Both the position numbers and the translations under genes were made by a program. A DNA stretch of 64,000 nucleotides from Octopus vulgaris (Eukaryota), in assembly GCA_951406725.2 (NCBI GenBank), contig OX597819.1:35340001-35404000 (forward strand), given 5' to 3'. Shown one piece after another: positions 46,108 to 60,053 of the stretch. Every line of letters starts with the position of its first letter. Positions within the stretch are counted from its first letter, which is position 1. Below the pieces are notes generated by a model. The model searched no databases. It was not told the origin of the DNA and saw only the letters and a program-made list of their open reading frames with translations.

Positions 46108-46333
46108 CGGCGAGCTGGCAGAAGTGTTAGCACGCCGGGTGAAATGCTTAGCGATATTTCATCTGCAGCTACATTCTAAGTTCAAATTCCGCCGAGGTCG
46201 ACTTTGCCTTTCATCCTTTCGGGGTCGATTAAATAAGTACCAGTTACGCACTGGGGTCGATATAATCGACTTAATCAGTTTGTCTGTCCTTGTTTGTCCC
46301 ATCTGTGTTTAGCCCCTTGTGGGTAGTAAAGAT
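46108..46333 (+). mobile_element. tRNA-like-head SINE family E
   Basis: TSD ATTTATAGAAGA at 46096-46107 and 46334-46345. Central GCCTTTCATCCTTTCGGGGTCGAT..AAGTACCAG resembles the Sauria/Meta-type SINE domain (from memory). Confidence 0.88.
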
Positions 46334-47659
46334 ATTTATAGAAGATACATCACAAAGTTAGTGCAAGACATGGGTAGGATATAATTTTGTTTTCTATTCT
46401 GTGGTTCCATGCTTCATTAGCATAGGATCACAGATAATTATATTATGAAAAATAACAGCAGAAGCTAAAAGAAATATTTGAAACAGGAAGTATTTTGAGA
46501 TGTTGTTTAACTTGAGGTGAATCCTGACTGAGTAGGCTGATGACCATCCTTTCATCTGGGTATATATCGAATATGATTTTCAGTGTACCCTTCCCATCTT
46601 AAGAGCATAAGGGTGTGATACGAGCATGTTTTGTTTTCTAATAAGGCATGGAACCACAGATAATTGAAGGAAACACATGACAAAAAAATTAACAACTCTA
46701 TCTTATATAGGGCTTTGTTAAAACCCTCTTACTACACATTAACATAGTGGGCAATGAGCAAGTTTGGTTCATATAAATAATTCAGAGTTGATGGCAGCAT
46801 ATATGAAAGTACCAAATACTGTATATGTATACTGGCAGTCAGCTTGCTGAAGAATTTAGTTTGCAGATGGTTGTCTCTCAAAACTTGTCTTAACCTTCTC
46901 TTCATAATTTTAGTCTTTCAAAGCAATCACATGAGTATTTGGAACTGGATGACCATACATTGTAGTTGCATGTCAGCATAGAAGAAAATAATTGCTAAAG
47001 TAACAAGGGTAATGAAGATGAAATATGCATATAAAACTAATTATTTTAATCATGTGTAACAAGAAATATATGAAAAACATATTGTTTATAGTTTTTATAT
47101 GAAGTGAATAGTATTTTGTTATAAGAGCTTACTTTTCTTTCTAAGTAGATTGCATTAAATGAGATATATTTTGGCACCATTCATCATTGTGGAATTCTGA
47201 ATTAGTTATATTAGTCATTGCTCTAAAGTGTTGTTTGATGACAATAATGGAGACACTTGTTAGTCCTTGAATTATTATTTTAAGTCTTTAATAGATGTTT
47301 GCTGCTGTTAAGTAAACTTTTCTCATTCCACTCCTATTGACATGGAATATAATAGTTGCTCTACCAAAAGTGGCGTCATTAAAAGCATGCCTTGTCTCAA
47401 TTTCCTCCCTTGACTCTGGTGCATTACATTTTCTTTTCTGTTCAATTGTATGGGTTTGATTGTTAAAGCAACACATGGATACATAAAAAAATATAGCTTT
47501 ATAATTGATAACTGTTAATCCTACATCTAGAACTAGGGAGCTTCTGTGCAGCTGCCAAATTTGTTAGAATTAATAACTAAATCACCTTCAGATCACAGCC
47601 TATGCTTTTAAAATATGATGGCTACATAAAAAAAAATTGTATTGTAAAATATACAAAAG

Positions 47660-47955
47660 TGGAGGCACAATGGCCCAGTGGTTAGGTCAGCAGACTTGCA
47701 GTCGGAGGATCACGGTTTCGATTCCCAGACCGGGCGTTGTGTGTGTTTATTGAACGAAAACACCTAAAGCTCCATGAGGCTCCGGCATGGGGTGGTGGCG
47801 ACCCCTGTTGTACTCTTTCGTCCCAACTTTCTCTCACTCTTTCTTCCTGTTTCTTGGATAACGCTGTGATGGACTGGTGTCCCGTGTCCAGCTGGGGGGA
47901 ACACATACGCCACAGAAACCGGGAAACCGGGCCAGGCTTGAAAAGGGCGCATAAA
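47660..47955 (+). mobile_element. SINE family B variant
   Basis: GGAGGCACAATGGCCCAGTGGTTAGG..GTTTCGATTCCC..GAAACCGGGAAACCGG. Confidence 0.87.
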
Positions 47956-48430
47956 AAATTTTTTTAAAATATATATAAAAAAGACAGTATAGCTTGGCTG
48001 GGATGCTTTTACTCATATATTTCTGTTCAGGCAGGGCTTACTTGGGGCTAAACAACATCACAAATTGTTTCTTGTTTCCACAGCCTCTGCTGCTTCTATC
48101 CTTTTACCTGTTTACATTTCTTCTTTTTTCCTTTACTTTAAACATGAACCCTTGTTTTCATAGTCCCCAATAGTTGTTTTATTGACCTAATGTAGAACAT
48201 TTACTCAAGATTTATCATTTATTTACTGTGCCTGACTTTTCTTTCTTTCTGTAAATAGTTTTCGAAAAGGTTTTGTTGAATCTGTTAATATTATAATAAA
48301 ATATTGTAACCTATTTGAGTGGACTGACCAACACTTAACAACTGTGCTAACACATGTTGTTCATTTTTGTTTTCTATCTGCAATCACTGCCAACAGGGAG
48401 AGCAAACAGATTATTATCATTATTATTATT

Positions 48431-48478
48431 ATTACCTCTGCCTTAGCAAAGATGGAGGTATTGTTTTCAGTCGTGTTT
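48431..48478 (+). mobile_element. 5' stub of the HINE family seen at 28384
   Basis: ATTACCTCTGCCTTAGCAAAGATGGAGGTATTGTTTTCAGT. Confidence 0.65.
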
Positions 48479-49215
48479 TCTCAAGAGATGGGCTGTTGAA
48501 GTTAGTACAATCTTTTGGACATCATGTATATTTGACTTTCCAAGTATTTTATCAATGAAGATTGAAGATCCTTTTTTAACCATGCCTAGTGATCCTACTA
48601 CTGCTTGTAGAGTAACTGTTTTCAGTGTCCATATTCTGCTAATTTCTATCTCTAGGTCCTTGTATTTAGTTAACTTTTTGAATTCTTTGACTGAGATATT
48701 TTGATCAGTTGATATTGTCATATCTATTATATAGCAGCCATTTTGTTGATGATCTTTGATAATAATATTGGGTTTGGTCATGTCTGGCATTGTATTCAGT
48801 TATAGCGAGTTTAGAGCAGTTAGCCACAATGTGATTGATGGTTCCAATACTTTTACCACATAGTTCAGCACCATTTTGGAGAATGTTTACTTGGTAGTTT
48901 GCTGTGTGTGAATAGAAATTGATCCATTATAAACTTTCTTTTTCTGCCTTTAGACCTGAACTGTGCAACCACTGATATGTTCTTTATTTATCTATATCTG
49001 ATTCCCTTATTCAGTTGGATACTGACCATGTAGAGATTTCTCTTGCCATTTGTGTATAAGCTTTCCCAGGCCTTCTTTTTTTAGCTTTTTGTTTGTTGTG
49101 TTTTGTTGTTACTGTTGGTATTGTAGCTTCAGCATCATTTACAGTTTAGTTCTCTTTTATACTTCTGTGCCTCTTTAATGACTTTTTGTTCCCTCCTACA
49201 AAATCCAGGCCTTGT
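48470..49215 (-). mobile_element. R4/Dong-clade non-LTR retrotransposon 3' fragment (zinc knuckle plus restriction-like endonuclease)
   Basis: KWQEKSLHG; LCGKSIGTINHIVANCSKLAITEYNARHD; KPNIIIKD..CYIIDMTI..KE..KLTKYKDLEIEISRIW..VVGSLG..VQKIVLTSTAHLLRK. Confidence 0.85.
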
Positions 49216-51304
49216 GCATTATGATTATTATTAGATATCACAAACTTTTCTGCAGTTTGAAAGTAAATAATTAACTACTGTATTGACTGTTATGTGTTTT
49301 CACTTTAAAGTTATTTGCTGGGCTTTTCTGGATATTTCACTCTTTTGAAAAGATATTAGTATATTTCGTTTTTGGATTTGGTTTGCAAGATTCTTTATAT
49401 GAGTTCGTGTGTTGAAGCATATTCTGTTGTGTCTTGGGAGAGTCGTTTTCTTTTTGTGCCTTATAATTTAACACACTCACCAGTAAAATTTCCACTTATT
49501 TTTATTTTTCTAAAATTTTCGTTGCGTCTTGCAACCTTTTCAATAGTCTTGACAATTATAAGGCACAAAAAGAAAATGACTCTCCCCAGACACAACAGAA
49601 TTAGTATATTTGATATTAGTAAATATATTTAGTATCAAAACAGGTCTTAATAACGAGAGGTTGAGGTGTTGGTCATAAGTTTAGAACTTGCTACAGCCTT
49701 TGCTTGTTAATCTTATCTGTTTAAGTAGATGGAAATAGATACAATTTCTACTTCATAAGGTGTTGTGGTTTGTGGTAAAAAATGTTTCTGTTAAAGGAAA
49801 TAAAAAAGCTCCCACAATATGCATATGTTCACAAATTTCATTTCCCCTTTTTGCTATCTATGGGAAAATAAACTAGTGACTATTTTGATACATGTTATAT
49901 ACTTGAATCTACTAACAGAAGCATTTAGGTGCAAAGGAGAGAGTAAATATGATCTTTTTTGTAAATAAATAAATTGCTAAATAAATAAATAAATATATTT
50001 TAGGTGCAAAACTGTATTGTTAATTATTTGTCAGTAGGTTATGTTGTTTTCAATGTTGATGTCACTGAACCAAATTGTTTTTCTAGAATTGTTTTTTATC
50101 ATGGTTGGCTCCTGTGATGATAATTATAGTGTCTAACCAATCTCTAGTCTGACTAAGCACTCATTCCTGCTGTTTAAGAGTAAAAATGAAAGCCTGTTAG
50201 CTTTGTTTTCAGATCGTTACCATCAGCAGTGATGATCAGTTATGATAAGTAACAGTCAGCTAAAATTGATTATAGTATTTTCCCCTGCTTTAAATTTCAA
50301 ATTGTAACTTGTCAGTACTTTTGTACTGAGTCACTTTACATGTACCCCTTGTTTTCTTTTGTCTTTATTGCATCACTAAAAATAACGTCTTTATTAACAT
50401 CTCAAAAGCAAAGTCAGCTATAAATAACAACTTACAATTCAATGGATTAAAAACCCCTTGGGTGGAAAAGATCCAGAAAGTTGCCTGCAGGACTTTAAAG
50501 CATTTCATCTGAAGGAAAAAATATGCTTTAGTGTATTTTGTAGCTTGAGTGCTTTTAAAATGCTTAGTCTAAGTCCCATGAACAATTTTCCATCTTTTTC
50601 TATCCAAGGGTTCTTTTAGCCGTATGTATTTATAAGCTAGTATAATTTGTGGCTGAAATCACTGAGTCACATCCTTAATAAAGACTTATTTGCATATTTC
50701 TTGATGCTACTAAATTTGCATTCTAAATGTAAACTAAAAATAATGTTTTATATTGACAATAGAGCTAAAGTGGTCAGGTGGTTATTATATCGGCTGCACC
50801 TTTGATGGGTGGTTATATTGTCTAATGTTTCCCTTTAAAAAATTTTTTTTTGATATGGTAGGCAGAGTGTGGTTTGAGTAAGACTTGGTTGATATTTCTA
50901 GTAGCTTAAACGGTTCCTTCATTGCTCAGTTTATATAACAGATGAATGTTATATATCATTGAGTTTCACCATACCTATCTTATATTTTGTAAATTTTATT
51001 GAACAAAAAATGAGCATTTGTTTTATAACATCATGTTAATACTTGTAATGAACTAGTAATTGAAAGTACTTTATAAATAATCATAATTATATAGAGTCTG
51101 CAGAGTTTGGTAGTCTCTAATTTAAAAAAAAAAAAAAGTCTAGCCAAGGAAGGAAGAGCAGCATCAGCTGTAATCCTTTTCGGAGCTTGAGGAAACTGTA
51201 TTCTAACTGGAGGATGCTTGCAATACTGGACTGTTTGCTAACAGAACCCAGGTGGTGGTTTTAAACTGGTCAATAGATTGTCTATTACTCAAGTTATAAG
51301 GATA

Positions 51305-51518
51305 ATAACCCGGGCAAAAGCGCCTCTGGCTCAGTAGTACAAATGTTTTGTTTTCATAAGTTTTGAATTAAAATCTTCCACCAAACCTTAGTCACAATTT
51401 ATCTTCCTAACACCAGTTTAATGATAACTAAGTTATTTTACTAAATTCTTTGTTATATTTAAAATTAATTGAAAGAAACACAGAGCATCTCAACAGAAAT
51501 ATGGTTACAAAAGGGTTA
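51305..51518. mobile_element. Second TTAA-type MITE family (D), left end lost
   Basis: Ends in GTTACAAAAGGGTTAA; homologous to 63369-63534. Confidence 0.6.
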
Positions 51519-51691
51519 AAGATGAATTTAATGACATAATTTTTAAAAAATGAAGCTAGTTTATTTAATTTATTTCAAGAAAGTGAGAAGTTTTGACTGA
51601 AATCTCACTTTTGGTTCCTCAGCTTACATTTAGTCATTGTCATAATAGTTCTTGTCTAAGTCTAGTTGTTTCTTCTTGCAGCTGTTCAGTA

Positions 51692-51911
51692 TTAATCCAT
51701 TAGCATTTAAACTGGCCATATCTAGCCCAAATATTCTATCCATTCTGTGTTCAAACTGGCCAAATCTGGCCTCTCACACCTATTCTATAATGTAATTTTA
51801 AAAATAAACTATCACATTATTGAAATCTTGAAGTTACAAGATAATGCATGATTAATTCAAAACAATGTAAATATGTTTTATTTGACAGAAATCTGAATGT
51901 CAAAGGGTTAA
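51692..51911. mobile_element. piggyBac-like MITE family C
   Basis: TTAATCCATTAGCATT...GAATGTCAAAGGGTTAA. Confidence 0.85.
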
Positions 51912-52336
51912 ATATAATCACTGTAGATATTTTAAACTTGGTTAAATATGCTTAACACTTTGACATGCTTTTTCCACTTGTAAGGAAAACTGCATAGAAT
52001 TCATTTCTGTTCTTTATGCTGAATCCACTTGTTTTCATTGATGCAATGAAGATGTGCAATAACCATATCACTGTGTCTGATATTGCAGCCTTTTACTACC
52101 AACTGTTCCCAATTAGCCTGCTTTGTGACAAAGCTGAATTTGAATTTAGAACACAGTCTGTCGGATACTTAAGCAATTCTATCGATCTACCATCCTGAAT
52201 TGGCATTTTATTGAGCCCAAATGAATGATAGAAAATGTTAACCTCAGCAGAATTTGAACACAGAGTACAAAAAGCTGAAACAAATGCTGCAAGGTATTCT
52301 GTCTGATGTTCCAATGACTCTGTCATTTTGCTGCTT

Positions 52337-52560
52337 CATCATCATCATCATATGTCCATATTCCATGCTGGCATGGGTTGGATAGTTTAACAGGATCTGG
52401 CAAGCTGCAGGGCTATGCCGAACTCCAGTGTCAACTTTGGCATGTTTTCTATGGCTAGATGCCCCTTCCTAATGCTAATCACTTTATAATGTGTACTGGG
52501 TGCTTTCTTCCTTTTTTGTGCCACCAATCTGTGAGGTTGTCATGTACGTTGCAAGACCGA
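52337..52560 (-). mobile_element. Older family H RTE-tail copy
   Basis: (CAT)n..TTCCATGCTGGCATGGGTTGGA..TTCCTAATGC. Confidence 0.75.
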
Positions 52561-53549
52561 AAAGAAAAAGAAAGACTCTATATTTATTTATATTTGATCC
52601 AACATAAGTCTCCATGTCAAATGTAGACCATGATTTTAGTTGAGTTGGATACATTGTTTATTTTATTGCTCCTGTTTTGTTTCAAAATCTTTTATAAAAG
52701 TTGTTTCAGAATTTTAATAATTAGTTAATTAACATACATGACAGTTCATGAGAAAATAAGTAAAAGACTAACTGACATTGCTATAGAAAAAAAAATGTCA
52801 TGGAATCTTGTATGTATTTTAATAATTTGTGTAAATCTTTTAATAATAAATTATCTTTTATCTGTTTCTTTGTTTTTGGACATATTTTTGTTCCGTATGT
52901 TGTAGCTGGTTAGTTGGCATAAATTGCTAACAAAACATTTAAAATATTTGAAAAGAGAAAGAGATAAAAGTATAAATTTCTGAAAGGAATTGTTCCTGAT
53001 TGGTACTATTTCATAACAATATTGAATGATATATATTACAATGTATTTTGGTAGTACTATATAAGAATACATAAACATGTACTAGATGACTTCTCAAGTT
53101 ATTATTGAACAAAATAATGTAAACCACTCAGAATGTAAATAGTTTGTTCCACCCATGTGAATCAGAATTCATTATTAGGCTAGATTAGTAAATATAATGT
53201 TCTATTGAAGACATTTCCACTCTTCTCAGTCCAGAAATGTTGGTTTTGCTGAGCTAAATATACTTAAGATTTTCTCTTGTGAACTAAATGATACTAGGTT
53301 TTTAAAAGAGTTTATATATATATATTTTGTTTTAAAGTACTTTGTGTTCAGGAATAATTTTAGTATTTTAGTTTGTGTAACTCTAGAGTTATCTCTGACT
53401 GAAAGAGAAACCTATTTGCATGGCAGGAGCCAATCAAGTGCTTACAAGCAATTCTTCAAGTTTGATATAGAAGTGATGAATACTTTATCATGTAATGGTT
53501 GACCACGTAGGATGTAGCCTGGTATTCATGGAATTTCGTCTCTTTTTCC

Positions 53550-54500
53550 CATCCTGTCTCTTTCTGTAAGATTGAAAGCTGTGATAGTAGCTTCCGTGGA
53601 AACATGTTGGGTAAACTCAATCCCTCTCAATTCTTGGAGTTATTGGTGGTAGTTAACAATGCAGCACACTTTGGTTCTAATGTATTTGATATTGTAGAAG
53701 ATGTAACCATGTTAGTGAATACTGGAGTAGTCATATAAGGATCAAGTATGTTCTTCCATGCAATACATCTAGGAGCATACTGTTCAATACACCAGATCTA
53801 ATTAAAAGTTAGTCCCCCTATAGAAACTGATCATCTCCAGTAATTACTGTCTGGAGGCACATGGCCTAGTGGTTAGAGCAGCGGACTCGTGGTCGAGGGA
53901 TCGCGGATTTGAATCTCAGATCGGGCGATGTGTGTGTTTATGAGCGAAACACCTAAGCTCCACACGGTTCCGGCAGAAGGTAATGGCGAAACTTCTGCTG
54001 ACTCTTTCGTCACAACTTTCCCTCGCTCTTTCCTCCTGTATCTTGCAGCTCACCTGTGATTGACCTGCATCCTGTCCAGGTGGGGAACCTATACGCCAAG
54101 AAACCGGGAAACCGGCCCTTATGAGCCAGGCATGGCTCGAGAAAGAACAAAAACTGTCTTGCACTGTAATGTGTTTGTCTTTTTCAGGACCTTCTCTATT
54201 CTAATGTAAATATAATATTCACCACACCCACTTTTATTCCTTGTATGACTTATATTTAGGAAAGGTGGGATAAGTGAATGGATAAGGCATTGCTCTGGTG
54301 TAATAGGTTAGGAACAAATCGACTGCAAGTATTATGTTTCTGGTGTATAACATTGTTTTACATTCTGTCAATTTGTTTAGCTGTTGGGAATAGATGTTGG
54401 ATTCTCTGACAAAATTTTCATAACAGGAGCTCTTTACTCCTTCCTGTTCTTTTCTTGTCTTGCAAGTTATTTGCTGACCTCGCAAGTGTTGATGGCACAA
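53550..54500 (-). mobile_element. Very decayed CR1-like LINE 3' remnant, split by a SINE
   Basis: Faint C-terminal motifs (IEKV, LDL, LP..V..A.TITAF); frameshifted. Confidence 0.3.
53853..54152 (+). mobile_element. SINE family B
   Basis: Matches the 10670 copy; TSD ACTGTCT at 53846-53852 and 54153-54159. Confidence 0.92.
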
Positions 54501-56501
54501 AAACAAACAAAACAAAATACCCAATATATTCTGTAAAGTGTTTTTTTTAGGAAGAGCATCCAGCCATAGAAATTATTCTGAAACTGACATTGGAGCTCAA
54601 TACAGTCTTGCACTTTGCCTAGATCCAGTTAAATCATCCAACCCATGCCTGCATGGAAAATGGGTGTTAAATGATGATGATATGATGAGTGAAGGTGATA
54701 GATTGACAAGATTTTTATACTTTTTAGTCAGGAAGGGAATGCCAGCGCCCATGGTCCTTTATTTTCCAAGGCCTTTGAGACTAGTGGGAATAAGGTGTTA
54801 TACTCAAACCAAAGACTTGACCTGAATGCAACAGAATGAACTCCAAGGACTATGTGGTGGTGTTAAACTAGGCAATGAACTAAATCTCCCAACTAAGACT
54901 AACTCAGAATATAAAGAACTGCTACAAATACTGGAAAGTATCTTGTCCCACACTCTGACAATTCTGTTCCAATCTGTCTACAGACAGGAATGGTACTTTA
55001 TATATTGATTTTCATAGGATGAAAGACAAATGTGATTGTGGCAGGATGTGTACTCAGTGTGCAGGGAGCCAGAACAAATACCACAAGGCATCTTGTCCTA
55101 CATACTAATAACACTGCTAATTAACTTCTTTGTTGGAGCATCAGACAGTATTTAGTTATTACTTATATTCAATGTTTAAATCCTGAAAATTTGCCTTTGT
55201 CTGTCATCTATCTGGGAACTGCTAAAATAAATACTGGTCATGTAATAGAGTAATTGACTACATATGCCCTCCTAACTTTGATGCTTTGCCCCTTTGTTAG
55301 AAATCATTATTTTGATAGACTAGAGTCCTATCCAGAAGTAAATATATCTCTCATCTTCATATCACCATAAAACTTGCATCAAGTGCTGGCCCTTAAAAAG
55401 CGGGATACAACAGGCATGACATAGTATATTTCACTTGGTGGAGCTTGTACTAAATACTTCACTGTTCTGAAACTGCCTGTAAAGTGGTTGGCACATGAGC
55501 AGAAATGGCATAGGGTCAAGAAAACCTTTTATTCTTGTCAAGGATATGGCAACCTCTCTAATACTGGTGCAAATAAAATGCATTCAGTACACCCTGTAAA
55601 ATGGTTGGTGATTGGAAGAACATCTAGCCATAGAAAACAAACCCGAAAAAGGAGACCTGGGCAAGATGTCTCATCAAGGAAGGCAATAACCCTGCATAAA
55701 AAGTCATGTGGACAATGACAAACCTGTCTAGTCCATGCTAGCATGGAAAGTGAACATAAAGTGATGATGAGGATAAACAATTCAAGTTTATATATGAGTC
55801 CACAAGATAAAGCAACACCATGGAGAAGTCCATGGTATTGCTTTATCTGACTAGAGAGAGCACACACACACACATATGCACACTCCCACCTCTCTCACAA
55901 TAAATTGAAAATTTTTAAAAGCAATGCAAAATAATTTGAAAATTGCATGATGATGTTGTTGTTGGTATCAAGAATTTCAGAGAATAGGGTGTCTTTGTAT
56001 TTGAATTTTTTGCATAGCTCAGCATTGTGCTTTTTTTAATTATATGGCCAATCAGTGCGGGAGGCCTTGTAATTAGATTACTCAAATTAAATCATTTTCA
56101 AGCCAGACGAGTATTTAGTACATGACTTCTAAAGTACTAATCAGATGCTTTAGTGACCAATTAATACTTTAGTGTGCCATCCACTGATGCTTTGACCTCT
56201 TAAAGAACATATCAGCATCCATCTCTTGTTACAAGAATATAGAAATGTATATATACTCTACCTTATTGAAGATAAAGTACAGTCATCAATGTCATTGTTT
56301 TATATCTTTTTTTCATACTGGTGTAGGTTAGATGGGTTTTTTGAGGCAGTGTTTTACAGCTGGGTGTCCTTCCTATCACCAGCCCCCTGTATTTGCCTCT
56401 TATAAATACACAAGAATATGGTGTGTATATTTTAAAACTAGGACATTCATGGTAAAATTTGAAGTACAGTAAACTCTGGTGCTGTTTATAAGTTTAAGAT
56501 A

Positions 56502-56812
56502 TGGCTCAGAGGTTAGAGCATCAGGCTGACAATCACAGGGTAGTGAGTTCAATTCCTGGACCAGGTTGTGTGTTGTGTTCTTGAACAAGAAATTTATTTC
56601 ACATTGCTCCAGTTCACTCAGCTGTAGAGATGAGTTGCAATGTCACATGTGCCAAGCTGTAGTGGTCTTTGCTTTTGTCTTGGATAACATCAGTGGCTTG
56701 TATGCATGGGCAACAACTGGTCTTCCATAAACAAATTTGCCTGGACTTGTTCCTTGGAGGGTAACTTTGTAGGTGCAATCTCATGGTTGTTCATGACTGA
56801 AGGGGGTCCTTT
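56502..56812 (+). mobile_element. tRNA-derived SINE family F
   Basis: TGGCTCAGAGGTTAGAGC and GAGTTCAATTCC boxes; homologous to 9060-9428. Confidence 0.78.
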
Positions 56813-57187
56813 ATATAATTGTGTAAATATAGATTTGTTTTCTAATTGTAAAATGTGTTTGTAGTGGCCAGACTATACAGTTACGTAGTTTACTTTGCAA
56901 CTAGAGCACTTTGGGCTAGTGTGTCCACTGTCCTGGATTAAAGGCGATCAAAACCTTGTGAATAAAATTTAGTGGTAGAAAACTGTGTGGAAGCCTGTCA
57001 TTCATGCATGTATTGGTATGAGATGGTAAAAAAAAAAAATCAACATTTCAAATTAAAATATAGTATTTCAATCCATCTTGATTGCCCCATTTTTAGGTTT
57101 GGTTGATTTTGCTTTTCATCCTCCAAGCTTGATAAAATAAATACCATACAAATGAATATTGTGATTGATATAAGATTAAAAAACACT

Positions 57188-57809
57188 TTAACCCTTAAGC
57201 ATTTAATCTGGCCATATCTTGCCCAAATATTCTACCTGTTTTGTGTTAAAGCTGACCAGATCCTGTCTCTCACACCTATCCTATCATGTCATTATAAAAA
57301 TATATGAACATATAGGCGTAGGAGTGGCTGTGTGGTAAGTAGCTTGCTTACCAACCACATGGTTCCGGGTTCGGTCCCACTGCGTGGCACCTTGGGTAAG
57401 TGTCTTCTAACATAGCCTCGGGCTGACCAAAGCCTTGTGAGTGGATTTGGTAGACGGAAACTGAAAGAAGCCCGTCGTATGTATGTATGTATGTATGTGT
57501 GTGTCTGTGTTTGTCCCCCCAACATCGCTTGACAACCGATGTTTGTGTGTTTACGTCCCCGTAACTTAGTGGTTCGGCAAAAGAGACCGATAGAATATGT
57601 ACTAGGCTTACAAAGAATAAGTCCTGGGGTCGATTTGCTCGACTAAAAGGCGGTGCTCCTGCATGGCCACAGTCACAAGACTGAAACAAGTAAAAAAAAA
57701 AAAAGAGTAGATATCGTTGAAATCTTGAAGCTCCAAGATAATGTGTGATTAATTCAAAACAACAGGAATCAATATATTTGACAAAGATATCTGAATTCTA
57801 AATGGTTAA
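57188..57809. mobile_element. Family C MITE split by a SINE A insertion
   Basis: MITE halves at 57188-57313 and 57710-57809 join colinearly. Confidence 0.83.
57315..57708 (+). mobile_element. SINE family A, full length
   Basis: Closely matches 11788-12190. Confidence 0.92.
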
Positions 57810-58186
57810 GGTAGTGATTTTGCATAGTCTCAGTCCATTGACTGAAAGTCGTACAAGAATTAATATATAAATATTTATTTTAAAATGTTGTGTCTCATTG
57901 ATTCTTGTGCCTCCTTTGGGTGGGAGAATGTGGTTGGGAAAGTTATGGCCTAAAGTGTGACAGGAAGAATTTTGATCTAGAATGGTATGATGAAGAGTTA
58001 TGATCTAGAACAGGCATGGACAAATTTTTTTGACAAGTGGGCCACATGAAACATGGTTTGTCTTTGTCATCAGGTGGACCACATTGCTAAAAAAATTTAA
58101 GTAGTATTTTGTTTTGGCAAGCCATTCAGACAGTCTCACAGGTTGCAGATTACTCATGATTGGTCTAAAGTTTGGCAAACATTACT

Positions 58187-58410
58187 TTAGTTCTTTAGCA
58201 TTTAAATCAGCCATATCAGGCCCAAATATTCTAGCTGTTTTATGTTCAATCTTGCCAGATCCAGCCTCTCACACCCACCCAACAATGTTATTCTGAAAAA
58301 TTAACAATCATATTGAAATCTTGAGGCTAAAAGATAATGCATGATTAATTTAAAACTGTGAATAAATAAACATTACATTTGACAGGATAACCTGAATGCT
58401 AAAAAGTCAA
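58187..58410. mobile_element. piggyBac-like MITE family C
   Basis: CTTTAGCATTTAAATCAGCCATATC...GAATGCTAAAAAGTCAA. Confidence 0.8.
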
Positions 58411-59482
58411 ACCAGTGTACGTATATCCCCAGAAGTATGCAAGTGAAATTACAGATTTGAATATTCAAGTAATTGCAACCACTTTTCAGTGGTGCATCCT
58501 CAGATTTAGTAGATAGTACTTATTAAAAGAGAAGAAAAAGAAAAGTAAAATATACTGTTTGGAAGTCTTGACTTCTAAATATAATAAACAAATGATTCAT
58601 TGTTTGTTTTATGATGTCCCTAAATAAAACAGTATACATGTCTGTCTGTTTTATGGTTTCTAATCATTTTACTCTATATTCTTCACAAGGGGTTACACTA
58701 ACACTGTCAGACATGATGAATGGGTAAACTGGAAGAAAAAGTTTGAATACCTCTACTTTAATACTTTAGAAGACTAATTAAAATACTTATGTATTTTTGC
58801 TTTTACTTACAGTTTCAACTCCCCCCACCCTCCCATCACAACTCTTAGATATGGCATTTATCTAATGAAATTATGCATTAATTTACCAGTCTAGTATCAC
58901 TAATTACTGTTTTAATTGCTTAGATTTAAAAGCGTAACTTACCTAGTGGATAGAATTGAAGGTAAACATACATATCTTTGCAGTTATGGGATTGGATTTT
59001 GTTGGTAATAAACACTTGTTCCTGTTAGATTATGAAATACTGATGAATCTCTAGAGGAAATAAGAATGGGCATCAGCTTGTTTCAGTTGCTTTATTTTTA
59101 ATTTTTTAAAAATAATATTTAATTCGCTGTTTTGGGACATTTTTGTTTTGATAAATATTTTGTGCGATTTGTAAATTTGTTAATTTTGTTTTTTAGAGTT
59201 GAACTAAATACTGTCATTGAAATACACTTTGGTACTAAATATCATGTAATTAGAACATTAGCTGCTATAACTATTTCTGCGAGTGATATTTAGTTTCTCT
59301 ATTTTATGCTGGGAGAGACAACCTTGCAGTTAACATCTCTTGGTGGATGAGTAAGGCAGACATGCTGTCCTCGTTTATAGATTCTGAAAAACGACTGGGT
59401 GAAATTATCTAGATTCATTTTCTACTTGGAAAATAATTGGCCATGTTGATGCTAACATGCAAAATGTAGTGAACCAAACAGC

Positions 59483-59693
59483 TTAACTCTTTAGCGTTCA
59501 GATTATTCTGTCACATTAAAATCTTTACTCATTCATTATTTTGAATTAATTATGCATTATCTCATAGCTTTGAGATTTATTTTTTAGGATGACATTGTAT
59601 GGTAGGTGTGAGATGCCAGACATGGCCATTTTGAACATAAAACTGGTAGAATATTTGAACCTGATATGGCCGGTTTAGATTCTAAAGAGTTAA
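59483..59693. mobile_element. piggyBac-like MITE family C
   Basis: TTAACTCTTTAGCGTTCAG...TTCTAAAGAGTTAA. Confidence 0.85.
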
Positions 59694-60053
59694 ATTAATT
59701 TCCTACTGTGTGCTCTCATTCATCTGCTATTTAATTTTAATTAATTTCAGCATGGCTGTTCAAGTTTAAAAATATAAAAGAGTTGTATTTGATTCTAAAA
59801 ATTGCTTGTTGTCGAAGGAATTATTTCTCACTATTTAATAAACAAGAAAACAATTTTAGTTATTCCAAGCTTTTTACTTCCACTGTTTGTGACCATAAGT
59901 CTCTCATATCATTTGGTTCGGTCAATGTTTTCCTTAGGATACAAGTTTTAATATCTATTCTTTATTGTTGAATTTCCTCCATTTTTGGTATTTTCTTTTC
60001 TTTATTCTCCCCACTCTAATCCACCCATAATTTTAATGAGTTTGTTAAAGTTA

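Noticed and set aside
58011-58090. hAT-like end CAGGCATGGACAA
   Set aside because: No partner TIR or TSD found, so no element can be delimited.
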